A DNA stretch of 63,409 bases, the filler included, from Intoshia linei (Eukaryota; Animalia; Orthonectida), in the NCBI GenBank assembly GCA_001642005.1. It is 4 parts of 4 records of this genome, joined end to end, with 100 filler letters (N's around TTAATTAATTAA, not from the genome) between each part and the next. Parts side by side here need not be neighbours in the genome. Positions count along the whole stretch, not along the records: positions 12,161 to 42,676 come from LWCA01000363.1; 3 more parts are not named here. The stretch is one strand, 5' to 3'. Numbering within the stretch: the first letter of the stretch is position 1; each line of letters starts with the position of its first letter. The translations under genes and the position numbers were made by a program. Below are positions 27,101-40,705 of the stretch, one piece after another. The notes under the pieces are model-generated. The model saw only the letters and a program-made list of their open reading frames with translations, was not told where the DNA came from and did no database searches.

Positions 27101-28826
27101 GAAATTTATAGATAATTAAAATTTATCGATTCAATTATATGTATAATTATTCAATTTACCAACAATCTACAATGTACATTATCATTAGCAAGGGTTCTTA
27201 ACCTGTGGTACCGATTAAAATTCTACAACGCCATCTGAAGAAGAAACTTTCATTATCTCATCAACACCGTCCAAAGTTTGTGTTTGAATATTACAGAACC
27301 AAACCTACCAAGCTGGAGGCCACCGAAAATGAAAAATAGGACCTCAAAAAAATTTTTAACACTTACATTTTCAATTTAACACACAATATATAGGTAGACA
27401 TGATATTCAAGAATATTTAGTAAAATTTCGTAGAGATCCAAAAAGAGGTTTCGGTAGGTTAATATATTAACACTTGCGTCGAGCAAAATAATTGTTTTTT
27501 AATCAATTTTTTATTTAAAAATTAAATTAATAATATTTATTCGTACGATATCCACGGTTACAACAATCCCCTATATTTCATAGTGACAGAGTTGCCAACC
27601 ATATAAAATTCTTAGATTTTTAGTATTGAGAAAATGGTATTTTACTTTATATTAAATGCTCAGTTTATATAAAGGGTCGTAAAAAGAGCTATGGCCTACA
27701 ATCATGAGGAGCTATTTTTATAATTTATTAATAGGTAATATTGGAAAATTTCTTAAGTATACCAAAATTATAATATATTATCGCATAATAAAATATTCTA
27801 TTGGTTCAGTCCAATTAGTTATTTTTTAATTTTTAGATACTGAACGATCGATTAAGCAATGTATAGAGGTCCCATTTTAAAATTTTTTTATAGTACCCTA
27901 CAATTTCCATCTGACCCGGGTCTACTTCTGGTTCTTCACGGTCCTGGTTATATAAAATTAAATGTTTGTGTTACCATTAAATTAAAAAATTAACTCACAG
28001 AATTAAAAAAACCCAATTTCTAACACAATTTTTTGAAGGTGATGTTTTATCGCAAATTTAATTTTCAGAAATTGAGTCCTTCAGTGTCAAAAGCCGAAAT
28101 TACCTATTTAAAAAAAAACAAAAAAAGTCTTGGAATTTTATAAAACGAAAATTCTGGTATAATTTTTAAAACCATTAACATTATCAATTTTTAAAAAAAT
28201 CACAATTAAATTAGTTGAACTAATAAGTTATTTCCAACTAACATGCAAAAAAATTTTCAATCTCAAAAATTGACGCCTTCACGGTCAAAAAAGCACTTTA
28301 GTATTTATTTTTTTAAATTTGTAAACTATTTAATTGAAATAAAAAACAAAAGTTATTTTTCTATTTTTTTCATTAAAATTTAATTGAAAATGATTAAATA
28401 CTTTTTTGTCGGTGAAAGTGTTACTTTCATAAATTTTAAAGTTGACAATGTTACTTTTAGTTAAAAATTAAATATAAATGTGTATTTGTATAATGCTAAA
28501 ATTCTTATTTTTGGTAAACTTGTAACAAACCACATCCAATATTATCAAAAAATTTCTATATGCCTCAAAAATATGGTCTAATTTAATAATAATAATAACA
28601 ATAAATCTAAATAAAATACCTGATATATACTATAATATTCATCATTGGATTTAGGACATATAAAATTAATTTCATCGTGCATATTAACTTCTATAACAGG
28701 TTGAGTATTACTTTGTTTAAACAAGGAATTATGACGAATCCATTCAACAGAAGGTAATCGTTTGGTAGAAATGAAGAAAAATTTGATAAAAATCAAAAAT
28801 ATCATAACAGTGTATCGTTCAACCAT
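21196..28826 (-). CDS. efn: Ephrin (exons 28826-28620, 22217-22065, 21798-21196; 320 aa)
   Basis: Signal peptide; VEW..N..F...IEVNMHDEINFICP; EYYSIYQ|VTPDEFYNC; CD...PYTFFF; FHVGE|NYYFLTTSSGYIDGLDNLDGGACLNYNMKL. Canonical phase-0 GT-AG introns; hydrophobic C-terminus. Confidence 0.93.
24328..24537. mobile_element. hAT (Buster-type) MITE in ephrin intron 1
   Basis: CAGTAGTTTTCAACC / GGTTGAAAACCACTG; perfect TSD TTATAAAC; deletion derivative of 43257-43982. Confidence 0.92.
25467..26257 (-). mobile_element. hAT (Tip100/ZMYM1-like) deletion derivative in ephrin intron 1
   Basis: TIR CAGAGCCGTATTAAG / CTTAAAACGGCTCTG; TSD ACCCTATC/GCCCTATC; ERNFSKLKIIKNELRNSLAQPRLNALSLMSIE dimerisation motif. 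Confidence 0.88.
27990..28350 (+). mobile_element. Decayed Helitron fragment
   Basis: CTTCACGGTCAAAAAAGCAC and other family blocks. Confidence 0.6.
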
Positions 28827-31464
28827 TCATTCATGTAAAACTATAAAATTTATGAATAAATTGTATAATATTTGAATAAGTGTACATTATAAAATAATAA
28901 AAAAGTATACTACAAAAAATATATACATTTATTATATACTTTTTGATATATGAGATGAAGAGCACAATTTCAAAAACAAAACAATTAAGTGTGATTTATA
29001 GCTACTTTGAAAGAATTTTTGATTTGAGCCATTCAATTAATAAAAATTACATTAAAATAAAATTGGGAGGATGCTTGAGATGTAATATGTATTGTACAAG
29101 TTTTGAATCAATATCTAAAGTATAATTACAGATATAAATACATCAACGGTACTCAACAATACAATTTGTGATTTATGTATGATTTAATAAAATGAAACGA
29201 TTTGGTATGCCGAGCTAATACCGAGAGAATAAATACTTTAATTGTGAGTAAAAATAGTTATTAAGACATTATACATGATTCATGGGACGTTTACATTCAT
29301 CAAGATTGCTGAACCACAATACAATATTTCAATCTTTTCATATCATGTACCATGTGTCAGAAAAAGAAATTATACTTTATATAAAAAAGAATAAATATAG
29401 AATAAGAAATTTTGATCGTGTAAATTGAAATGTTTAAATTTTAAAATTTTATGCAAATTACATTTTATCAATTTTAACTAACCAAGCATGTAATTTAAAT
29501 GTAATTAATTCCAAAGTTAGTCAAGTATATTCAATACAATGCATTCAATATCTCAATAGAGTTATTTACATTTTCAATACATTTATGTTTATAGGTGAAA
29601 TTTATCAAAATTAATAAAGTATACAAACATTTCAAAATTTGAAAATTTCAATATAAAAATTTATAAAACTATTCAATATATAAAACGCAAATTGTATAAA
29701 ATTTAAAATAATATAAAACTTTAAAAACCTTTAAAATCTTAATAAATCCACATTGATATATTTTGCTTGACAGTTTTCTGAAATGAGTTTAATCGGACAT
29801 TGTAAACAAATTATGATAACATGACGAATTTCAAAGATGAATAGGCGGTGCTCAATAAATTGAATTACAGACAAAAACATTTCAAATTCAAGTATCACAC
29901 TGTGACAGACATGACGTAAATGGAAATTTAATATCAAATTTAAACAAGACAATTGTAGGCGTTATCCAACTGAATTATAGTGTGAAGTTTAATATTGACT
30001 TTAATATTGTATACAGAGGATTACTGAGTACAATAGTGCCATTTTTTATACAGTCTGTTTTTGTACTAGGCAATGGAATTCACTACTATCTACGCGCTAT
30101 TATCTATATACGATTACACGCACTCTGTCCAATACATGTCTAATTAAATATTCAAGAGCTTTAGCTTATTTTAGCATAATGAATGAAATAATTATTTCAA
30201 ATAATCAAATTTTATTAGCGGTATTGTTTAAATTTCGTTTAAATGAGTTTTAAAGTGAATCGAAAATTTATCTACATTTAATGTAGAGTACATTGACTTT
30301 TTTTTAATGTAAAGTAACTGTCTATTTTTTAATCTCAATTTGCAAAAAAATTACAAATTCTAGTTCAAAGGTCACGTATTTTAGCACGTGTTGTAGTGTA
30401 GAATTTTAGATTAATATACCGATTTTATTTGACTAATAATAAAAATTGGTGTCATTTCATACAAATAAAAAAGAAATGTAAATAATCGTTAGAATCATTA
30501 AAATTTTTATTCTCTTATTAGACTTAATAGACATTTTTTGTTTTGACACGAACAATTTTACTTTTCGTTTAATTTTATTATCAAGTCACGTAATGGATTC
30601 ATTTTCATGTTTTGATACTTATTGCGTCGTTAAATTATTGTTTTTTAAAATTTATTATTCCTGTTGTGAATTCTTTTGAAAATTTTTCAATTTCAAAGTT
30701 TAAGAATTTAAGAATTTAAGAGATTAACAATGTCAACATTTTGACAAATTTTACAATTTCACTTTTTATTGCATTGATTGATTATAGCGGTATTATTGTT
30801 GTAAACCATTAAATTATACATTTACGTTACAATAACTTAATTTTTTAGTACATTTTCGAAATATTTTAATTAATTTTAGTGAATATACTAGTAATGTAAC
30901 ATGTAAAATAATTTCAAGTAAATTATAATTTATTAGAGGTTTTTGTGTATTAATTCATTTTCTCAACGAACCACAATAACACCTCGGGCAAAATCAAATT
31001 TTAAATTTTTATCTTTTTTAAGACATTATTAGTTTAACATGTAAAAGTACATTCATTTATTTGAGATTATGTATTTATTCAAAAAGTAAACAACCAACAA
31101 AAAAATATTACAATAGTGAGGTTACGGTGTATTTTTTTGCATTAGGCAACTTGCGCAATGCGCAATGATGAAATGTAAAATTTTCTAAATTATAGGTTGG
31201 TTTGAATGAAATTTCAAACTGAGTATAAAGAAAAATGTTAAGGGACAGTAGGACATTGTAAAATGGTGGTTTTGCAAAATAATGAAAAGATTAAAATATG
31301 ATAAATGGTATATGTTTATTATCTATAAAAAGGATATACAAATTAAGTTTACAGAATTCTTCGAAAATATTTTTTTAATTTTTATATGTATTGCGATTCT
31401 TTGGTTGTTAAAAATATAGATACATAAATCAATATAATTCTTTTACTTACAATGTATATGAAAT

Positions 31465-32957
31465 TGAATGTCTGTGTGTTATCGTTTTATTAAATAATTA
31501 ACGATTGTAGAAATTAAAAAAACCTAATTTCTAATACAGTTTTTCAAGAGTGATTTTTTATCGAAAATTTTATTTTCAAAAATTGAGTTTTTCAGGCTCA
31601 AAAATAAAACCATAACTACTTTTTTTTTAAAAATAAAAAATCCTTGAATTTTGAATACTTGTTATTAGTGTTGTTTCCCGTTACATACACAAAAAAATGT
31701 AAATTCACAAATTGACGTCCTCATGGACAAAAAATAACTTTAGTATTGATTTTTTTAATTGGTAACTTAATTTAATATAACAAAAAGTTCTAGAATTTAA
31801 AAAATATTATTCTGTTACAATTTATTTTATTTGATATAGATTCTAGAATCTAAATGAATAATTTGAATCACAAAAGGCTACGGATTACCGGTCAAAAATA
31901 AGTTTTAATATATTATCAATCAATACTATTCAAAATTTTGTGTCATTAAAATGAAAAATTTTATATCAGTTTCAATTATGATAACGTTGCTTCATCCAAA
32001 ATGCTAGGGCAGGGTAGAGAACCCATTTCATACACAAGGCCACATTACAATAATTTGAAATTAATAAATAAATAATTAACTGAATTATATAGATTTTCAC
32101 CCATATTTCTTTATTGGTAATGTGTAAACGTTCAATTCACATTTTTTTTGAAATTCTAGGATCAATATTTACATTTTCAATTTTTATTTTAATCGAAATA
32201 TTTGAAAAATATTGGTTGAATATATTAAAAGTATGTTCATCGGGAATGCGTAGATTTCTCGGGTTTAACTTTTATATTTATAACAACTGAAATAAGCTCT
32301 ATCAGAATAATTGTTTTTTTTTAATTTTCGGACCATTAATTATTTCACATTTTTTGTTTTAATAAAAAAAATACTTCGAAAAAAAATATATGAAAATTAA
32401 ATGCTTTTTTTGACCGATAAGTCGTCATTTATTCGGATTGAAATTTTTTGTGTGTTAACATGATACAACTGTGCCACCTGTAAATTTTTTTAAATTCTAG
32501 GGCTGTTTTCATTAAAAAAGAAGGGTAATTTGGGGATTTCGCCCTGAAGATATCATTTTTTTAAATTTAAATTTATGATAATGTTTATGATTTTAAAATC
32601 CGTATTAGTGTATATATTTTGTTAAATTCTCCAACTTGTTTGATTTTCAAAAAAAAGGACAATTTGAGTTTTTGCCCAGTAAAATGTGAGTTTGGGAGGT
32701 TGAAATTTATCTTATTATATGTCCTGGAAAAAACTGTAGTTGAAATCTGGACTTTATAAAATTCTAGGAGTGGTAGTTATTTCAATAAAGTGGTACACAC
32801 AAACACAAACAAATATTGCGTAGCATATTATATAAATAATGATAATAAAGTGTCATAGAATTTAAAATTTCTATTTACTAAATTGAAAATGTAAATTAAT
32901 TCTAAAATAATGAATATGACATATTTTTATGTGAAGGCCGCACGTTCCCCACCCCTG
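31465..32957. mobile_element. Helitron fragments (plus ~31465-31930, minus ~32080-32850), the latter inside a CAGGG-ended hAT MITE (~32010-32957)
   Basis: Family body sequence; CAGGGTAGAGAAC...GTTCCCCACCCCTG ends. Confidence 0.7.
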
Positions 32958-33529
32958 GATTAGGGTGTTAACTTTTTTACAAAAATAAAAATCCGTGGGC
33001 ACACAGGGTGACTAATGGATGTCTAAATATTTTGGTAGTATTTTTAAGATTTATTGTTTCAAAAATATCAGCCAGGTATCAGTATTCAAAAAATTAGAAT
33101 TATAAAATTCCATTTAGTTTTATCTACATATTTCAATTTAATTGAGGTGCTCTATCGTTTTGTCGGGGTTTACAATGTACATAAATAAAAGAAAAATTTA
33201 TTTTTGTCATTTCTCGTATTTATTATTAGTATCATAATGAATTTTTGGTTTGGTTTAGTTTAAGTTAAATTTTAACCAACATACCAAACATTCTAGTTTA
33301 TAATGTCAAATAATCTAATCATCAAATAGGATTATAAGATTATAGATTAGAAAATAATAACATTAGTTAAATTGGATTATCAGTCAAATTATGGAATTAA
33401 TCCGTTAGATAAATAGTAATGACTAATAAACAGTAATAAATTAAAAATATTTGAACCGTTAGATTCTAACGGTTAGAACAGAGATTACCAACATACTTCA
33501 CAGTTGGTACCCCTAAACTGAATTTATGA

Positions 33530-35033
33530 CTTTTTTTTTATGACTAGAAACTTGGCTCGGTCATAAATTTTAATAAAATAATTAAATAAAAACGCTGCTC
33601 CTAAAATAGAACAAATGAGGTTTCCCAATAAGTTTTTACACTTGTAAGTATTTTAATTTAATACCAAAGAATTTACTTTTATATGATTTTCACGTTTTAT
33701 ATTAGTACTAGCTTGGCAGTTTTGTACTACGTACAAACAGCACCTAGCTCTGCCGAGGGCACTCTTTTATTATACCAATAAAATAAATTCACGTTGAAAA
33801 TTTAATTTAAAAATCCTACTATTAATTATCATCAATCCTTTAAAGGAGTGGTTCCCAAATTTGTTTCAGGTGAAACCGTCATATCACATTACTTTTTACT
33901 TTAAAGTGAATTTATTCCACTTAATTTTTTGTTTGTTCAAATTTGCGTAAAGAATTTTAAAAACAATTTTTATCCCATTTTTTGAATTTATTAGACAGAA
34001 TGTGTGTATAATATTAAAAATAAAGTAAAAACAGTCCAATACTAAAAATTGTCATAAAGGTGTGAGTTTTGGAAATTGAAATTTATATTATTATATGTAA
34101 AAATTGTCATAAATAGCATAAATTCCAGAAAAAATAAAATTAAGAAACCTATTTTGTCATTTTCAATGTGATGACATATATTCAGTATCAATTTAATAAA
34201 TGAACCTATTTTGTTATTTTCAATGTGATGATATATATTCAGTACCAAATTAATAAATACTTAAAATACCAATTGTGTATCAATAATTAACTGAATCTTC
34301 AATTTATAAACATTTCAGTCAAATTTTACCATTATTGCAAAGGATTGTAATATAACAATGTTAATAACAAAGTTTTTTTAGTGTCGTTGTTTAGTTTCTT
34401 ATTTAAATTTGAATGTTTTAATATAATGTTTTGAAAATGAAAATTTGAAATTTAAAAATTGCGTAGCAATGAAAAAAATTTCGAAGGAATGAATTATATA
34501 GATGTTCACCCATATGTCTTTAGTGGAAATGTGTAGACGTACAATGCACATTTTTTTTGAAATTGTAGGATCAATATTTACATTTTCATTTTTGATTTTT
34601 AATTGATTTATTTGAAAAATATTTGGTTGATAATATATTAAAAATTATTTTTTACCGAGAATACGTAGATTTCTCAGGTTGAAATTTTGTAAATATATCA
34701 ACTGAAATAAGCTCTATCAGAATAATCTTTTTTTTAATTTTCGGACCGTTTATTATTTTACATTTTTTGTTTTAATAAAATATTTCAGAAAAAAAATATA
34801 TGAATATTAAAATGCTTTTTTGACCGTGAAGTCGTCACTTATTCGGATTGAAATTTTTATGTGTGTTAACATGATACAACTCTACACAGATAAACAAAAA
34901 TCGCGTCGCATTTTATATATGTTAGGATTTCTGAGCCTTTATGTTTTAAAAACGACTTTAAGTTATGTTACTAAAAATCTATAATATGTAATAAATGTAT
35001 ATAATTTTCATGGACCCAGTTGAGAATGGCTGC
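33530..35033. mobile_element. hAT-like MITE split by the Helitron; relatives at 59103-59780 and 62600-63017
   Basis: Shared GACTAGAAACTTGGCTCGG...CACGTTTTATATTAGTA block and TTGAGAATGGCTG end. Confidence 0.7.
33708..34927 (-). mobile_element. Full-length non-autonomous Helitron (1220 bp)
   Basis: 5'-TCCTAAC...hairpin...CTAG-3' inserted between A and T without TSD; empty site ATTAGTA|TTTTTGAG seen at 62891-62905. Confidence 0.92.
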
Positions 35034-36874
35034 TCTATTTGACCGAAAATAAAAATTTGAAATATTGTTAATAATTGAACTATATGATATACTAATGATA
35101 TATTTAATATATATAATAATATAATTAATTAAATAATTTATTACAAATTAATTTTTATTTTTAATTATTTTTGAAAATTTAAAAAATATCTATAATTTAT
35201 GATTCATAGTATCAGATGAGCTGGTACCACTAAAATAATTTTCAGTACTCCATTTGGGAACCGTTGGGTTAGAACAATGTAATACAACAAATGAATTGTA
35301 CAAACATAATATGTACAAAAATTTATAATTGCCATTGAACATTGGGGAGGCTTGCAGAGATTCAGCAGTAGGTCGTGTCCAGATAAAAAATAAATATAAA
35401 CGTCCCATGCGAAAAACTGTATTAGAAATAAGGTTTTGTTGAATTATAAAACTATCAATTTTTTAAATATACGGTAACACATACACAAAAATTCCATTTT
35501 ATAGTAAGTAAAGGACCATATTGGTAAATTCACTCGAAATGTTTTTTAAGTGCTGATTTTATTAATTATTTATCCAAAATATTTTTTACTCATTGAAAGC
35601 AGATAGTGAATACACAGTGAATATCAGCACATTCAAAAAGGCAATACCGGTATTTAGAATTTTATTTTTTGTGGAATTTAATCTATTTATGACAATTTTT
35701 AGGATTATAAACTTATTCTCTCTAATAAATTAAAAAAATGGGATGACAATTTTTTTTAAAAAACATTACACAATTATTAGACAATTTTATAACCAAAACG
35801 ACTAATTAACGGGCATGAAATTTTAACACGGTAAATAATAACTCATCAATAATTTTCAGTTTATTTGCACTTTAATATCATCTCAAACGTCAAAAAATTT
35901 TTGTAAACATTGCATTTCATAGGGCGACTCTGGAAAAAGGTTGACTCCATGTCACATCATAATTAACGATGATAAAAAATACATAAATGAATAAAAATAA
36001 AATACCGAGTCATAACATTTGGATACTACACTCGAAAATTATTTATTGAATGACAACAATTTTTTTCATTTCAAATTAAATATTTGTTACTGATACAAAA
36101 TCAATAACTCTGTATGAAATTTTTGAAATGTCACTTCCTTTTTTTATTAAATTAGTACTGGTAACTAAAACGTATATTTATTCTCACTGTTTATACACTA
36201 TTCACACATTTTTCATTTAAAAATTAATATTTAAAACGTATTGTATTCTTTTTTAGTTTATAATTGGAAATGTAACATTCACTTGTGTATTTATTTAATG
36301 ATAAATTGACTAATTAAGATCTACAGCATACAGTAATATGGCGTAAATATCTTTGTTGAGATTTTCATGTTTTTAAATTAGATACTTAGACATTACCGTT
36401 ACAGTTGACGATTCAAGGGTAATTCACGCTTTAATGAATTAAAATTTTCATGTATATTTAAAATAATCTATACATCTCAGGTAGTTTTTAATGAATAAAT
36501 TTAATTAAATTTAATCCAATTTTCAAAAAAATATTGTAATGAAATAATCAATGCTTATTGTGCATTTCACATGCATAATAGTTGTTTATATGAGATGAGG
36601 TAATTTGATATGAATCATTATGATTCCTTAATTGCACTAATCGAGGGTTAGCCATATATTGATTCTCAAACTATGTTAAATTTTAAACAGGTGTTGTCGT
36701 TATAAATTTTCTTACCGGGCAATCGAAGGAAAAATTTATGTAAATTTTACAAAGTAAAAAGAGTGTACATTAAACTATTTACTGGATTACACTGTTCGAC
36801 AAAATTTCAAACGAAGTCTCGTTTAAATTTTATGTAAATGGGGCCTCATATTTACCAATTACTATTTTATTATC

Positions 36875-38170
36875 CTTATTAACAATAATCTGAAATGGTT
36901 AAAAATGTATGTCTGTTTGTTTATGTGTTCCAGTTTATTTAAGAAAGTAAGGTTATTCGAGTTTTACAAATTCCATATCCTTGTAACAGTTTTTCCATGT
37001 GTTTTATCGCAAATTTCAATTTCAGAAATTGAGTCCTTCAAGATTAAAAACTCAATTGTCCTTTGATTTTAAATTCAAACCCGTTCTAGAATTATAAAAA
37101 ATACAATTCTAATAAAAAGTTTTAAATTCATCAAAATTATGATAATTTTCAATTTCAAAATTTTAATTCTTCACGGCCAAAACACCAAATTACCTTTTTT
37201 GTAAAAATTAAGAAAGTTTTTAATTTTATACAACATAAATTCTGCGATTATTTTATTTTTATAAGCATTATCATAAATTGCAACATCAAACAAGATAATT
37301 TTCACGGTCAAAAACCCAGATTACCCCTTTTTTTAAAAATTAAAACAGCATTAGAATTTTTTAAAAAACACACATATGATAGTTATATCCTGTTAATGGT
37401 GTTAACACACATAAAAAATTTCCTTCTGATTAAGTGTAACTTTAGTATTAATTTTTTTAATTCCAAACTATTTTATTAAAAAAAATAATTTTATGATACA
37501 GCTTATTCATGTTGATATAAATAGAAAATTTTAACCGCAGAAATCTACGCATTCCCGGTGAAAAATAATTTTTAATATATTATTAACCAATATTTTTCAT
37601 GTTTGGATTAAAATTAAAATAGTAAATTCATGTAAAAAATTTAACTTGAAAATCCTACCATTCACATCGTCTAATTGACTAAATAAAACAATTGTTATCC
37701 TATTTTTTTTTTGGAAAGAAAATATATGAATATTAAAATGCTTTTTTGACCGTGAAGTCGTCACTTATTCGGATTGAAATTTTTTGTGTGTGTTAACAGG
37801 ATACAATTGTAAAACCTGAAAATTTTTTGAAATTCTAGGGCTGTTTTCATTAAAAACAGAAGGGTAATTGGTGGTTTTGGCCCTGAAGATATAATTTTTT
37901 AAATTTAAATTTATGATAATGTTTATGATTTTAAAATCTGCATCAGCGTTTTTAAGTTTTCCAACTTGTTTGATTCTTAAAAAAAAAGACAACTGGGGTT
38001 TTTGACTGGTAAGATGTGAAATTGGGAAGTTGAAATATATCTTAATATACGTCCCGAAAAAAACTGTAATTGAAATGTGGCCTTTAAAAACTTTTAAGAC
38101 GGGTAGGTATTTAAATAAAGCATAACACACAGACACACAAACAAAAATCGCGTAGCATATTATATAATAG
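36875..38170. mobile_element. Two Helitron copies in opposite orientation (plus ~36875-37620, minus ~37700-38170)
   Basis: Family 5' signature at 38140-38170; ORF 37765-38136 is only the repeat translated. Confidence 0.8.
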
Positions 38171-38595
38171 TATATGTATATATATTACAGAGTTTCTCAT
38201 GAATATAAATTTTATTTTTATAAATATAAATATTTTTCAACAATATAAATTTTAAAGTAAATACTAGTTAATGTAATTAATATTTGAAGTTTGAAGAAAA
38301 AAACAACTGTAGAAGTGATTAATGATAATTTTTAGGGACCTCATTATGATTTTGAGGGCCTCTTGCATAGCTAGTTCGGCTCTGATATTAATGAATAAAA
38401 TATATATAAAAACGTTGCACTCGGCGGAGCTAGCTAGTTACTTTAAATTATATTAAATTAAACACGTAAATAAAACAGATAAGCTACTTAATAATTTTTC
38501 AATATTATAGTGTACAATACGTTTCAATTTTATATTTCAAATAAAAAAATATTGTCGTTAATGACTTGTAAACAATCATAAATACTAAAGAATAA

Positions 38596-40282
38596 ATGAA
38601 ACTTACAAAAAACGCAAAAATACAAAAAAAAACATGGGTAAATCCATTAGAATTTGATTTTGAAGATTATTTAAGATTCACAGCAACAAAAGTAAAAGTA
38701 TTGTAGATTTTATTAAAAAAAATTTTAGAAATTAGATTTTTTACCTGGGATATTTCATTTTTTTGATCAAAAAGATGATAAAGCGATTGAAAAAGATAAA
38801 TTGGAAAAATTAAAATTAAATCTAAAAGGAAATTTAAAGTTTACAATAATTGATGAACCCAAATCGTAAAATTTTAATTTTAAAAATAAAAAATTGTGTA
38901 AAAGTTGCAATTAATAAATTCTATTTTTTAGAAAACTAGAATCAAAAAGACAGGAAATAATTGATAAATTAAAAAAAGAAAATAAATTTGTTTCAGGGCT
39001 TTGGAATCCTAAATGTGTACTTTTAGGAGGTTTGGGAAATGAACCAGACGTAGAAGGTAATTTTTGGTATACATTTTAATTCTCGCAACTTAATAGTGCA
39101 AAAAAACTTTCTTAAAAATTATGTTTAAAATATTTAAAATTTGGTGAAAAAATCAATAATATTTATTAATTGGCAAAATCCAGGATTATATCGCTCAAAT
39201 GAATGTTTGCAGTAGAAAACATTACATTTTTCGCTTTAAAAAGTCAATTTTTTATTATATAGGGTTAATAAAAATTTTCCCTTTATGATACACATTGCAG
39301 TGTTCTTCAAACTGTATGCCGAGTAAGACCTAGAATCTAAGACTACATGAAACAAAATTTGGCGACCTCTGATATACTGTATTATGATGATTAATAATGT
39401 ATAATAAATAATCTAAATATATTTTAGATATTGCATTTTCTGATGAATCTAGTCAAGACTCTGTTGTAGATGAAAAAGAAAATTTACAAGATCAATTATT
39501 TTTATTGGGAAATAGAGAATCTAAAAGATCCAAATCGTTTCATAAACAATCGTTAGAATCTGATGCATACAAGGTATCATTACTTATATAAAATTCAATG
39601 TATATATCAGGGATACCATCCTCGTGGTGGTGAAATTAATTTAGTCTAGACCCTTGGAGAGATGAGTAGGAGTATCATATTACGTATCGTTTGTAACATT
39701 TTTTAAGGGACTATTTTTATTTTCGGATGGTGTCCGAGAATTGTAGGTTCGGCTCTGCACATTCACTTGCTTCAGAGTTTGTTGTATATAACGTGTTACT
39801 CTTTTTTAAATGTGGTAATTGTAGGAATTGAATCAAAGAAAAACTGAGAAAGATGTTGTATATGAAATTCAACAAACCCTAAATTATATTTGGCAAGTTT
39901 TTCAAATTGATTCAATGGAATATAAAATGAATATGGCGTCCAAATATAACTCTGAAGCGTTCGAACCTATTCGAAATCAAGTTGGTTTAATAGCTAATTA
40001 ATGACCTTCATTATAGGCAATTCAAATATGGAATTATTTAACACATTTAGTTAAACAACGTGAAAGATTATTAGATAAATACAAAACTTTTGAAATTGAG
40101 GCATCAAATCCGTTCAGATTTTATGAAAAAAGTAAATCATCACCTTTTAAAATTAATTAAAATTAACGACTAATAATTTGACAATTTTAGATGGATACAA
40201 AAAAAGAATAATTGAAAATAAACTGAGAGACTATTTTGACAATGTAATACCAAAATATATAAACACGTGTACAAATATGTAA
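38596..40282 (+). CDS. CCDC87: CCDC87-like protein (7 exons reconstructed; 5' and 3' ends uncertain)
   Basis: Spliced in frame: W..LEFDFEDYLRF..K|KLDFLPGIFHFFD; FVSGLWNPKCVLLGGLGNEP; QQTLNYIW...KMNMASKYNS...|AIQIW...KQRERLL..YKTFEIEASNPFRFYEK, matching the CCDC87 C-terminal pattern as recalled. Introns include 38692-38728 (37 nt) and 39981-40016 (36 nt). Confidence 0.7.
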
Positions 40283-40705
40283 TGTATACGTTCGAGGTTT
40301 GTCAAATGTCGTAAAACAATTCGTCATTTTTGGATAATTTAGTGCTCCACATTAATCCTTAAAAAATCTCAGTCCTCACCAAAAACTTCATCAACGTCAA
40401 ACCCCACTAGTGGGCCCATCCCACTGTTAGGAAACACTGGCGGATTATTGCCTGTAAACAATATTTTAACAATGGTAGTTAAATTTATATTTTTAATCGC
40501 GATTCACGACAATTCGAATATTAAAATAAGAATACAATATCCATAACTTAACATAACTCATGTATGCTAATTATTAGCCTAATAGGGATCCAACTACTAG
40601 ACTTAAACACTTGGTATTGTGAAAAATTCGTTAATAAATATTGTTTGTGTAATTGTTTGTGTCTGGTCACAACGGTTGAGAAACAGGCATGCATTGCACA
40701 ATGTA

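Noticed and set aside
33454-33474. Perfect palindrome AACCGTTAGATTCTAACGGTT
   Set aside because: Too short for a miRNA precursor and lies among repeat debris.
35190-35650. Possible membrane-protein exons on the minus strand
   Set aside because: No consistent spliced frame; partly overlaps a hAT MITE end.
37765-38136. Apparent small protein family (ORFs 1339-1527, 9688-9894, 37765-38136, 44066-44314, 54434-54619)
   Set aside because: Chance translations of the non-coding Helitron; frames are not conserved between copies.
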